38,479 nucleotides of DNA from an uncultured Candidatus Saccharibacteria bacterium (GTDB lineage Bacteria > Patescibacteriota > Saccharimonadia > CAILAD01 > GCA-016700035): assembly GCA_937996675.1 (NCBI GenBank), contig CALKUN010000033.1:1-38479 (forward strand), given 5' to 3'. Under the pieces are notes generated by a model. It did no database searches, was not told where the DNA came from, and was given only the letters and a program-made list of their open reading frames with translations. Positions 16,014 to 25,254 of the stretch are shown one piece after another (within the stretch, counting starts at the first letter, position 1; each line of letters begins with the position of its first letter). The position numbers and the translations under genes were made by a program.

Positions 16014-17377
16014 CGTCAACTTTATTCTCGGCTGTTATCGTCCATACCTTTGGTCGAAATTCGCTACGCCCGCAGAAAACAGCCTGGCGGCGTCTACTAT
16101 TTGCCATAGGGATCGCTACTGTGCTTGATGTCATCGTCACCGGTAGCCTCAGTACATTGCAATTGCCGTCGGACCTCTTTCAAAGCTGGGTAGCAATCAT
16201 GCTCATTCTCACGATTCAAATTGTAGTTGGGCTTATTATGTTGATTGTCCGAGCTAGTGGCTATGGCCTACACGATGATCAGATAAATGACATACTTAGT
16301 GTGATGCCAGTGTCAGAGTTGAGCCGTTGGGTCATCGCCCTTGTGCCCGGGCTAGTGGTTGTAGGGCTGCTGTACATCGTTACGATTGGACCGCTCATTA
16401 TCATAGCGAGCACTCTTCACTTGCCGTTATATCTCTGTATCTTGAGTATTATCATAGGCACACTCTCAGGCATCGGGCTGGGTACATACCAACCTCACAC
16501 TTCCATAGCTCTAAACTTCTTGCTTATGGCCCTCCTCGTTGCCGCTGAGCTGCAGCTGCTTGAGCGCATCATGACAACTTACCAGATTTACCAAAACCCA
16601 TTTCTTGTTGGTTTCGCAACACTCTTAGTACTCATAGTCATTCCGTTTTATTGGCTGGCTCGTAGCGTGCAGACATGGTCACACGCTCGACAGCGCAAGT
16701 CGACAGCAGTCTATTCTTTTAGTATATTCCCGATCGGTGTAAATACATGGCTGGCGCACAAGGTGACACGGCACCCCAAGATAATCCGTTCTGCGGTTGT
16801 GCTGACCGGAATCAGCAACCTGCTCACATACATGTGGCTTCAATCGAGTAATGGTGGCGATCCAGATATGTCCATAATCATTATTGGATTATCATTTATA
16901 GCTTCACTCGCTACATCGGATATTCGCGGACTCACTCGATCGGAAGCCGCACCTGAAATAATTATGGTCCGAGGTAGTCTGTTCTTTGTGATACAACAGA
17001 TCTGCACAGGATTAATACTCAGCACCATTGTCACAGCACCGATCTGGCTTAGTCTGGTCATATCCCACAGCCATCATCCGACCATGCTTCTAGCAATCCT
17101 AGGTCAATTAGCGCTCGGCAGCACAACCGCACTCCTGACGAGCACACTCTTCGTACCGAGTCAGCAAGATGTTTCAGCTGAATTCTTCAGCGCCACAATT
17201 AGTGCCTGTCTTATTATTGCTTTAGAAAAAATCTCGACATCACTCAAGCTTGCCACAACACTGCAAGCTAAATCCATCATTTGGATTATTACCGCAAATA
17301 TCATTGCGATATGCATCTTCAGTGTCGAGCGGCGACGTAATAACTATTATTGGAAGGGGATCAATACCTATGCATAA
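16010..17377 (+). CDS. polytopic membrane protein, putative ABC permease partner (455 aa)
   Basis: It has an ATGA overlap with the ATPase gene and about 10-12 hydrophobic segments. No family was recognised. Confidence 0.7.
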   Translation: MTSTLFSAVIVHTFGRNSLRPQKTAWRRLLFAIGIATVLDVIVTGSLSTLQLPSDLFQSWVAIMLILTIQIVVGLIMLIVRASGYGLHDDQINDILSVMPVSELSRWVIALVPGLVVVGLLYIVTIGPLIIIASTLHLPLYLCILSIIIGTLSGIGLGTYQPHTSIALNFLLMALLVAAELQLLERIMTTYQIYQNPFLVGFATLLVLIVIPFYWLARSVQTWSHARQRKSTAVYSFSIFPIGVNTWLAHKVTRHPKIIRSAVVLTGISNLLTYMWLQSSNGGDPDMSIIIIGLSFIASLATSDIRGLTRSEAAPEIIMVRGSLFFVIQQICTGLILSTIVTAPIWLSLVISHSHHPTMLLAILGQLALGSTTALLTSTLFVPSQQDVSAEFFSATISACLIIALEKISTSLKLATTLQAKSIIWIITANIIAICIFSVERRRNNYYWKGINTYA

Positions 17378-17687
17378 CAATTCAACTGCGCAAAAGAGCA
17401 TTGGACAATGGCTCGCTGCAGTATTTTCTGGTGGAGCCGCGTTGTTTTTCATCATATTTCTTGCACAAGCTTCGAGCCTATCGAGTACGACCGAAACAAC
17501 AAAACGCATAGTCGGACTTGGGCCGCTTCATTTTCTGCAGATTACGAAAAGCATCGATGGAGCTGGGACAAGTGCAAGCTTTGAATTCTTGCCAGGAATA
17601 ATCGGGTACATTATTGTCTTAGCGCTCCTCACCGGTGCTGGAGTTTGGTACAGCCTACGTCGCACCCAGACTGTTTCTGCAGAATAA
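17370..17687 (+). CDS. small two-helix membrane protein (105 aa)
   Basis: The ATG at 17370 has GGAAGGGGA upstream and overlaps the permease stop by 8 nt. The longer ORF-track form (17250) lies inside the permease gene. Confidence 0.5.
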   Translation: MHNNSTAQKSIGQWLAAVFSGGAALFFIIFLAQASSLSSTTETTKRIVGLGPLHFLQITKSIDGAGTSASFEFLPGIIGYIIVLALLTGAGVWYSLRRTQTVSAE

Positions 17688-17715
17688 ATCACACAGAGCT
17701 TGATATACTAGAGGA

Positions 17716-18534
17716 ATGAGCATTCCCGAAAAGTTCCATCGCTGGCTACGCATACCGTACACACTCCACATCGAACGTCGCGGGAAGCGGGGACCACTCG
17801 TGATTTTCCTCCACGGGCTCGCATCCCGCGGAGATATCTGGGACGAGACTGCTGCTGAGTTGATGCGCAGTTATCGCTGTGTGCAAGTCGATCTCCTCGG
17901 GCATGGAGCCAGCCCTAAGCCGACCAAGCTCCTGTATGACACGGCCGATCACGAGCGTAGCCTCGCCTGGACACTCTTCTGGCGAGGGCTGTGGGGTAAG
18001 AAGATATTTGTGACCCACTCAATGGGTGGACTCGTCGCACTCCGGTACGCGTCGCTGCATCCTAGGAGCGTCAAACGAATGGTGCTAGTCGGACTCCCAG
18101 TCTATCGTCGGGCCGAGGCAAAGGACGAAGCTCGCAAGTTTGAGGCTACGCTCGACAAGGGTTTTCTCGTGTTCTATCGAGCCATGCGCGCCTTGCCGAA
18201 GTCTGCAGCTATTCGCTCGGCAAAGGCGCTCATGCGTGCCTTGCCGCGTCTCGTCGGATCTACCTATCTGGATGAAGAGACCTGGTACCCAGCCGTATCA
18301 TCACTGGCGCACACTATCGAGCTCCAGACTGCCCTGGCCGACCTCGACAAGATACCAGGTGACCTTAAGATCACACTCATTTATGGTCGCCTCGACCAGC
18401 TCGTCTTGTCTCGCAACCTCAAGCTCGTCAAAAAGAACCACCCCAGTACAAAGCTCGTACCAATCGTCACATATCACGAGATCAGTCCCAAGACTGTACG
18501 GCCTATCGTGCGAGCTGTGAAGCAACACTTCTGA
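17716..18534 (+). CDS. alpha/beta-fold hydrolase
   Basis: The oxyanion region is VIFLHGL and the nucleophile elbow is THSMGG. A His lies near the C-terminus (TYHEI). Confidence 0.8.
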   Translation: MSIPEKFHRWLRIPYTLHIERRGKRGPLVIFLHGLASRGDIWDETAAELMRSYRCVQVDLLGHGASPKPTKLLYDTADHERSLAWTLFWRGLWGKKIFVTHSMGGLVALRYASLHPRSVKRMVLVGLPVYRRAEAKDEARKFEATLDKGFLVFYRAMRALPKSAAIRSAKALMRALPRLVGSTYLDEETWYPAVSSLAHTIELQTALADLDKIPGDLKITLIYGRLDQLVLSRNLKLVKKNHPSTKLVPIVTYHEISPKTVRPIVRAVKQHF

Positions 18535-18547
18535 ATAAAAACACGGC

Positions 18548-18946
18548 CTAGCCAGTGACTAGACCGTGAAACGGTGGAATGGGACGAAGGTGAGTAGGGA
18601 CTCGGTGAAAGATACTCTGGCTGTACTGCAGTGTCGCGTAGTAGGCCTGAGCGACAATCACGAAGTGAGCCTGTTCCTCTGTTAATGCTTGGAGCTGAGG
18701 AAAATCCTTTGCGAGGCCCGCAAAGCTCCCGCGGTACTCCTGCAGGTAGAAATCATTGTGCCGACGGATACGACGCTCCAGCTGCCAGCGCCAAATCACT
18801 AACTGCCGCGAGTGAATCATGCGTCGGGTCGAGATATCTTCCGCTAGCCGGCGTCGCAGTATGACCAGCCCGCTGGCCGGAGAGTTCAGAGCGAAGTCGA
18901 TCTCGCCATAGGTGGCGTTGATGCCCAGTAAGAAGTGGGGATCCAT
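18548..18946 (-). CDS. hypothetical protein (132 aa)
   Basis: The ATG at 18946 (MDPHFLL...) is preceded by AGGAGG. The ORF-track start at 18979 is the alternative. Confidence 0.5.
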   Translation of the reverse strand: MDPHFLLGINATYGEIDFALNSPASGLVILRRRLAEDISTRRMIHSRQLVIWRWQLERRIRRHNDFYLQEYRGSFAGLAKDFPQLQALTEEQAHFVIVAQAYYATLQYSQSIFHRVPTHLRPIPPFHGLVTG

Positions 18947-19094
18947 GGTCCTCCTGGTACAAGGCAGACTTTCTGCCATAGTGAAACTACTATAGACGCT
19001 CTACGCGCACTTTCATAGCAAAATACTCCTCGAGTACATGCTAAAATAGCCGTATGCATATTCAGGGATATCGACCGACGAGCTACTCACCAAT

Positions 19095-21428
19095 GTGGAG
19101 TCGGGCGTGAGCGTCCTGAAACCTACTACGGCTGCCAAGCAACTGCGCATCGATATACGGCGCATCATTCGACGCCATGGGCTCAGTATCGTCAACCTCG
19201 TCATCGGTACAATCATAGCTCTGCTGTTATTTTTCGGTGAAGGTCGAGACGCACTCTTCCTCTCTAGTGTCCTCACAATTAATATTTGTGTCGGCATTGC
19301 CCAAGAAGTACGCGCACGCCTGACGCTCGAGAAACTGCGCGACAAAGTCGCCGGCAAGGTACGGGTGGTGGCGCACGATACAACTATTGCTGAAGTGACA
19401 CTCGACAAGGTAGAGCCAGGCATGCTGATCGAGCTACGGCGAGGCGATCTCAGTCCTGTCGATGGCGTCGTGGAACAATCCATCGGCCTTGAAGTCAGTG
19501 AAGCCTTTCTCACCGGCGAGTCTATTCCGCTAGCAAAGGCGAAACAGGCTAATATCCTAGCCGGAAGTTGGGTGACGGCTGGCCGGGGACAGATCCGCGT
19601 AGAGCAAGTGGGGGAATCTACTCGAAACGGCTCACTCATGCAGATCGCACGCAAGTACCGCGTCAAACAAACGCCGATCGAGCGGGCGATCGCCTGGATG
19701 ATTAGTATCCTAACCTATACATTGCTTTTCTCAGTCATCGCGCTCTCTGCCAGCCAAGGGTGGGGAATTGGCTCCAGTCCAACCGACTCCAGCCCGGCGG
19801 CGCTTGTCGTACAGATCGCTGCGCTCACCGCCACGATCGTGCCAGAGGGTCTCGTGCTGGCCGTTACGATTCTCTTCGCCTACGGCGCTGTCCAGCTGAT
19901 GAAACGTCGACTCGTCGTCCAGCGACTGTCGGCCATCGAGATGATGGCGCGCATCCAGATACTGTGCCTCGACAAGACCGGTACGCTGACCGAAGGATTT
20001 CTGTCCTTTCAGACGATCCTAGCTGCGCCTAAGCAAGATCTGAAATCCGTGAAGGGCATACTAGCTAGCTATCTCATAGCGACTGAGCCAGAGGGTGAGC
20101 TGGCTGCTGCCACACCATTTGCCACCCGTGCAGATCCAGCAGAAGTCATCAAAGCTTTTTCGAGCCACAGTGGCTACGGATCAATCCGAAGGGGCAAGGA
20201 CACCTACCATATCGGTACACCAGAATCCATCATGGACAAACTATCCGACCATGATAATACCTGGCTCACGACACAGACTGACACCATGACGGCGCAGGGG
20301 GAGCGTATTCTCGCCATCGCCAGCACGTCTGGGTCAAAGCCCAAGATTCTCGGTGTGGTCAGCTATGCTCAGCCGCTCAAGAAAAATGCGCGACCAGTAC
20401 TTGATTTCTTCCGGGAACGATCAGTTGATATCAAGATTTTCTCCGGTGATCACCCGAAGACTGTCCGCAGTATCGCACTTGCCCTTGATCTACCCAAAGC
20501 GAGAACCGTCATAAGCGGAGAGGACATCAAGAAGCTTCCAAAGGCAAAACTACGAGCCATCGTACACGAAAATAACTATTTTGCCCGGGTCAGTCCAGAG
20601 CAGAAGGCCGAGCTCATCAAGCTGTGTCGCGAAAAAGGCATCGTGGGGATGGTGGGAGATGGCGCAAACGACGCGCTGGCCATCAAGGCATCGGATGTCG
20701 GGCTCAGTATGTTTGCATCTGCCGAAGTCACTCGATCGTTAGCCGATATCGTCATGCTCGACAATGACTTTGACCAATTTCCACGAGCCGTAAAGCTGGC
20801 CGATGCTGCCATCACGACCATTGAGCTGATTGGCTGCCTGTTCCTTAACAAGGTCACGATCGGCCTCGTCCTCATCGTCACTTCGCTGATCGCACACCAG
20901 CCCTATCCACTCACGCCGCGCAATATTACGGTACTCAACTACTTCATCATCGGTGTACCGATCCTGCTCTGGACCTACTATCCACGACTCCGCCAGCGCA
21001 GCCCGCACGAAGCCGGCTTTCTTACGCGCATCCTGCCCTTCGTACTGGCCAGCGGTATCATAGCCAGCATCATTACCATCATTGGCTACATCCTAGCGCA
21101 ACAAGGCGGACAGGACCTGCAGATGACGACCTTTGTAATCGTACTCGTACTCGGAATGGGGATGCTCATTACTGCTCCCCGAGCCATGGGTGTATCGACA
21201 TCACCACACTACTTGCGTCGAGTCGCGGGTGTGGCGGTAGCCTCGGCACTCATTCTCTTCGCCCTGATGAACTGGGAGATGGGTCGAGTGTTCTTTGGGC
21301 TCGATGAGCTCCAGGCTGGCTGGCTCTTCCTGGGGGCTGGGCTGGGCTTTATCGGACTTGGGTTACAATTTCTCAGTCTGCGGCCACATTGGATCGATCG
21401 ATTCCGCAGACTTATCGACCGTCACTAA
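19095..21428 (+). CDS. cation-transporting P-type ATPase (P2-like, PEGL motif)
   Basis: The phosphorylation motif is DKTGTLTEG, TM4 carries IVPEGL and the hinge is GDGANDALAIKASDVG. It has a GTG start. Confidence 0.9.
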   Translation: MESGVSVLKPTTAAKQLRIDIRRIIRRHGLSIVNLVIGTIIALLLFFGEGRDALFLSSVLTINICVGIAQEVRARLTLEKLRDKVAGKVRVVAHDTTIAEVTLDKVEPGMLIELRRGDLSPVDGVVEQSIGLEVSEAFLTGESIPLAKAKQANILAGSWVTAGRGQIRVEQVGESTRNGSLMQIARKYRVKQTPIERAIAWMISILTYTLLFSVIALSASQGWGIGSSPTDSSPAALVVQIAALTATIVPEGLVLAVTILFAYGAVQLMKRRLVVQRLSAIEMMARIQILCLDKTGTLTEGFLSFQTILAAPKQDLKSVKGILASYLIATEPEGELAAATPFATRADPAEVIKAFSSHSGYGSIRRGKDTYHIGTPESIMDKLSDHDNTWLTTQTDTMTAQGERILAIASTSGSKPKILGVVSYAQPLKKNARPVLDFFRERSVDIKIFSGDHPKTVRSIALALDLPKARTVISGEDIKKLPKAKLRAIVHENNYFARVSPEQKAELIKLCREKGIVGMVGDGANDALAIKASDVGLSMFASAEVTRSLADIVMLDNDFDQFPRAVKLADAAITTIELIGCLFLNKVTIGLVLIVTSLIAHQPYPLTPRNITVLNYFIIGVPILLWTYYPRLRQRSPHEAGFLTRILPFVLASGIIASIITIIGYILAQQGGQDLQMTTFVIVLVLGMGMLITAPRAMGVSTSPHYLRRVAGVAVASALILFALMNWEMGRVFFGLDELQAGWLFLGAGLGFIGLGLQFLSLRPHWIDRFRRLIDRH

Positions 21429-21448
21429 GGTACAATACCAGTACTACT

Positions 21449-22423
21449 ATGAAGTTCTTGCGATTCTTTACTCAGCTCCTCCTGGCTGCCTCACTCACTA
21501 CCCTCATTGTGAGCTATTCACTCCTCCAGCTCGTCGCTACTGGCACCGGTATGAGTGATACGCTCAATAAAAGCGGGATCTACGATATGGTCGCAGCTGA
21601 AGCCCGGAAGGGACTTGGTTCGTCACCAAAAGTACCAGCTAAGTACCAGGAACTCTTCACGACCAGCCTCAACAAAGCTATTGATACCGCGCAGATCGAA
21701 GCCATGCTCAAGCCTGCTATCGTCGATATTGCGGCCTGGCTCAATCAGCCCGACGACACGCCACCGCCAGATGTCGTAATTGTGATCAAGCCTGCAAAAG
21801 ATGCGCTCATCAAAGAACTCAGCGACGGGGGACTGAGTGGCTTAGAGCTCACTGCGCTGCAGATGCAACTCAGCCAGCAAGTGCCTGATCAGCTGCGTCT
21901 ATCCAGCCTAGGCGACCTACTCGGTGAGTCAGACAGTGGTGATGCTTCGGGAGCGAATTCAAACACAGCCAAGCCGCAAACCACCACGAGTCAAAGCGAT
22001 GCCGTAGTCGAAGGCCTCAAGAACCTGAAATCCGGCGTGTCAGCCCTCCGGCTCGCATTCATGATTAGTATCGGCGCAACCGCGTTATTCAGCCTTCTCG
22101 TTATTCTCATGAGCCGCAAGTTGGGTCGATCGGCCTTCAAGGCGGTATCGATGAGCTACCTGTCCGAAGGCGGCCTCTGGCTAGCTCTTGGACTTATTGT
22201 ACCGGCTGTATTCCACCCAGCCACAGATGCTGTCACAGAGTCAACTATCGCCATGCACTTGGCTCCTGTCTTTATAGCCCGCGTACTCAGTGCCTCACTT
22301 CTCCCAGCCGGTATCATCGTACTCATTGGCGCGATTGGGCTCGCCATTACGCTCCTGCGTCGCCCGAAGACCCCCGCAGCTACAGCACCAGTCCAGCCTC
22401 TCGCTGCACCACCTCGTCGCTAG
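21449..22423 (+). CDS. hypothetical membrane protein
   Basis: The ATG at 21449 gives a signal-anchor-like N-terminus (MKFLRFFTQLLLAASLTTLIV). It has C-terminal hydrophobic helices and a Pro/Ala tail. Confidence 0.6.
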   Translation: MKFLRFFTQLLLAASLTTLIVSYSLLQLVATGTGMSDTLNKSGIYDMVAAEARKGLGSSPKVPAKYQELFTTSLNKAIDTAQIEAMLKPAIVDIAAWLNQPDDTPPPDVVIVIKPAKDALIKELSDGGLSGLELTALQMQLSQQVPDQLRLSSLGDLLGESDSGDASGANSNTAKPQTTTSQSDAVVEGLKNLKSGVSALRLAFMISIGATALFSLLVILMSRKLGRSAFKAVSMSYLSEGGLWLALGLIVPAVFHPATDAVTESTIAMHLAPVFIARVLSASLLPAGIIVLIGAIGLAITLLRRPKTPAATAPVQPLAAPPRR

Positions 22424-24486
22424 ACGACGAGCTCAGTACGTGTCTGCCACCGAGGTTTGAAGAGCTCGTAATGAAGCATAGAAGCGATCAGGACACCCAT
22501 AATAAATACATTCGTAAACGGTGCCAGTATCTGAGCGGGCAAGTTCTGACGCGTTTCGAGGGCTACGATCCAACGAGTAATAAGGTGAGCTACGATCACG
22601 ATGACCGCGAGTAGCGCGTGAATGTTCTGGCCGCTTAAGATATCCCAGATCAAGATTAGCGACGGGAGAGTAAAAACAAACAAGCCTCCCAACGTCAGGA
22701 ACCAAACAATCGGGAAGTGATAGTTCAGGGCCGGATAGTAACGCTGTATATCGTCTTCGAGGATAGCTTGGATACCCTGGTGATTTTGTGAGGTCGCAAG
22801 GTCACTGGCTCGGTAGAGTTGAGCCTTGAGCCCGAGGTTACGAGCTCGACGGAAGAGCTCCTGATCTTCCAGAGGACTGGCTCGAACCTCTGAGAAACCG
22901 CCAATCTCACGAATAGGATGCACCGCAAAGGCCGTAATGCCACCTTGAGCAGATGAGCGTTCGGGGGCATGAGCCTGCAAGTATGCAGCCGGGTAGGCCG
23001 ATAGCAGGAGGTATTGATTGTGACTCAAGATCGTCTTCTGAGCCAGTGATTTGTTTTGGTCTGACGGCAGAAGCGAGAGGAAGTGGACGTGCTTTTCTTC
23101 CATGAGTGAAGCAATCTGCGCCAGGGCGTTTGGCAGCAATACAGTGTCAGCCGAGACGAGTACAGCATATTCGCCAGTGGCTTTTTTGAGGAGCTGATCG
23201 CTAGCCCAAGCATTCACACTCCAACCAGCCTCGATAGGCGCAATACTCACTCGCTTGAAGCGCTTATCAGAGTACGAGTCGGCGATACTGACAGTATTGT
23301 CGTCCGAGCCCAAGTCAGTCAGGAGAATCTCAAAGTCTGGATAGTCCTGGCCAAGCGAAGCCAAGATGGTGCTAGCGATATTGTCAGCTTGGTTGTAGCT
23401 ATGGATCAAGATACTCATACGAGGCCACTCCTCGAGCCGCTTGGTGGTCGGGCGGCGAAAAGCCGTCAGATTGTATCCAATGAGTGCAAATTGCAAGATG
23501 CTAAAGCACAGGCAGAAGAGGAGGATATTGTCGATGCGGGATGGGCCGAGCTGGAGAGGGTCAAACACATACAGGAGGAGCTGGGTGAGCCAGAAACCGA
23601 CGAAGCCGTTCAGCCACAGAAAGTTGGTCCAAGCCCGCCGGAACAGCTTGGACTGAGCATCGGAGGTGTACTTGAGGAAGAAGGCTGCGTTGAGCACATA
23701 GGGCAGTAAGAGAAATGCGGCCGCCAAAGACACCGGCCAGGCTATCAGTGCCGTGAGGATACAGCTCAACACATACAGCACAAATGAGAAGCGGAGCGTT
23801 TTTCGGGCACCCCACATCGTAGCAATAGATCGGATCTTACCAGCTCGGTCAGGCTTGATGTCCTGAATCGCCCCCAGCGCATGACTAGCCATGCCCCATG
23901 CGAAGAAAGCCACTGCAACCATCCAGGCGACCTCACCCTTGGGGCTCACGAGCCAGCCAAATACTGCCGGCCCAACAAAATGGCAGGCTGAATTGATCGA
24001 GTCTAGGATCGGAATCTCCTTAAAGCGCAAACCTTTAACAGAATACGACAGCGCAAGGGCGATTAATGCACCAAGGGTCCAGCGCCCCACTACTGACGTG
24101 AGCGGCCATAAGGCACCCAAGCTAATGATGAGGATGAGGATGATCGCTATCCAGAACATCCGCCGACGATCTGGAGCCACCAAGCTACCCTCGAGGCCAC
24201 CCTTGCGAGGGTTTTTGATATCCGACTCATAGTCGAAAATGTCATTTACTCCATACATGAGCAGATTGTAGGGAAGAAGGAAGAATATTGTACTCAGTAT
24301 AAAGAAAGCATTGATTTGGCCGCCACTCGTTAGGAAAGCAGCCATAAATGGAATGGCAGTATTCGCCCAGCTGACTGGACGACTAGCGGCGAGTATTTCG
24401 CGTACGACGTCGAGGGCGCTGTGACTTGGTGTGTCTACGTGGCGGTGGCGTTTTGGCGGGTGTGGCGATGTGTTGAGTTGATTCAT
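22420..24486 (-). CDS. fusion protein: UbiA-family prenyltransferase (lycopene-elongase-like) + family-2 glycosyltransferase with C-terminal TM helices
   Basis: The N-terminal half has the UbiA Asp-rich motif NDIFDYESDIKNPRK within multiple TM helices. The C-terminal half has GT-A motifs (MSILIHSYNQADNI...DYPDFEILLTDLGSDDNT, VSADT, LEDQELFRRA). The start is taken as MNQLN at 24486, though the frame is open to 24552. Confidence 0.8.
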   Translation of the reverse strand: MNQLNTSPHPPKRHRHVDTPSHSALDVVREILAASRPVSWANTAIPFMAAFLTSGGQINAFFILSTIFFLLPYNLLMYGVNDIFDYESDIKNPRKGGLEGSLVAPDRRRMFWIAIILILIISLGALWPLTSVVGRWTLGALIALALSYSVKGLRFKEIPILDSINSACHFVGPAVFGWLVSPKGEVAWMVAVAFFAWGMASHALGAIQDIKPDRAGKIRSIATMWGARKTLRFSFVLYVLSCILTALIAWPVSLAAAFLLLPYVLNAAFFLKYTSDAQSKLFRRAWTNFLWLNGFVGFWLTQLLLYVFDPLQLGPSRIDNILLFCLCFSILQFALIGYNLTAFRRPTTKRLEEWPRMSILIHSYNQADNIASTILASLGQDYPDFEILLTDLGSDDNTVSIADSYSDKRFKRVSIAPIEAGWSVNAWASDQLLKKATGEYAVLVSADTVLLPNALAQIASLMEEKHVHFLSLLPSDQNKSLAQKTILSHNQYLLLSAYPAAYLQAHAPERSSAQGGITAFAVHPIREIGGFSEVRASPLEDQELFRRARNLGLKAQLYRASDLATSQNHQGIQAILEDDIQRYYPALNYHFPIVWFLTLGGLFVFTLPSLILIWDILSGQNIHALLAVIVIVAHLITRWIVALETRQNLPAQILAPFTNVFIMGVLIASMLHYELFKPRWQTRTELVV

Positions 24487-24772
24487 AGTGTTGTAAGAAT
24501 GCCGTGTATAGCCCGGGAGCAAGGAAGATTGCGACAAGCAAGTAGCCAACATCTTCGATTGGCCAGGTCAGAATCTTCGCACCTAGTATGTACGCGGAGT
24601 TATATTCTACTATAGGTAGCGATGTTAAGTACGTATTAAATATCACCATCATCAAATAGAGGATAATGAGTGAGACGACGAGTGCCGTAGGCTCGCTCTC
24701 TAGCTTGAGACGCTTGGCAGCAATCCAGGCGATAGCAACCCAAGCAAGATTCAAGATGAGATACCGAATCAC
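24383..24772 (-). CDS. lycopene cyclase domain protein, second subunit (CrtYd/CrtYf-like)
   Basis: The conserved motif WPIEDVGYLL sits in a small 3-TM protein. A GTG start forms a GTGA overlap with the upstream subunit's stop. The basic tail overlaps the next gene out of frame. Confidence 0.7.
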   Translation of the reverse strand: MIRYLILNLAWVAIAWIAAKRLKLESEPTALVVSLIILYLMMVIFNTYLTSLPIVEYNSAYILGAKILTWPIEDVGYLLVAIFLAPGLYTAFLQHYESTQHIATPAKTPPPRRHTKSQRPRRRTRNTRR

Positions 24773-25149
24773 TTTGAGACTCCCTTCAAGGGTACACTCG
24801 GCGCCAGCTTGTAGACAATCAGCGTCACGTAGACCAGCAAGGTCAGGAAGAGCACCTCTTCTATAGGTAGATTGGGCGTAATCAGATTCAGCCCCAGCGT
24901 GTATTGAGGATTTGTACGGAAGATACCGAGAATAATCCCACAGATATCCCACAACAAAAACAGTGTGAGCATGACGACAAGCGTTGAGATAAATGCCAGA
25001 AGCCGTGGTGATGTCTTTGCTGGGCGCTTTTTCGAATCAAATATCACCAATCCATAGCGCCAATCGGCTATACCGAGTCCAAACAAGGACACCACAAGTA
25101 TAGCCAGGTACATCCAGTGCGCGTGAAATAAGAAGATAATACTCTGCAT
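24769..25149 (-). CDS. lycopene cyclase domain protein, first subunit (CrtYc/CrtYe-like)
   Basis: The conserved motif LPIEEVLFL sits in a small 3-TM protein of 126 aa. Confidence 0.75.
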   Translation of the reverse strand: MQSIIFLFHAHWMYLAILVVSLFGLGIADWRYGLVIFDSKKRPAKTSPRLLAFISTLVVMLTLFLLWDICGIILGIFRTNPQYTLGLNLITPNLPIEEVLFLTLLVYVTLIVYKLAPSVPLKGVSK

Positions 25150-25254
25150 GTATTAATGATACCAGTTCAAGCCGCGACATGATTGGTCTATTGCAAATCT
25201 TCAATATCAGTGTTTTAATAATTCACACACTTTGTACCGACAGATGGAGTAGCC

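Noticed and set aside
19013-19666. A 217-aa ORF antisense to the start of the P-type ATPase gene. Similar long antisense or alternate-frame ORFs occur at 33738-34385, 34687-35292, 35592-36098, 12760-13209, 31954-32277 and 32671-32988.
   Set aside because: Each lies wholly inside a gene with strong family motifs on the other strand or frame. Their translations are Ser/Arg/Pro/Ala-rich shadow sequences without motifs or RBS. The ones over rplA come from its low-complexity GAA/GCT repeats.
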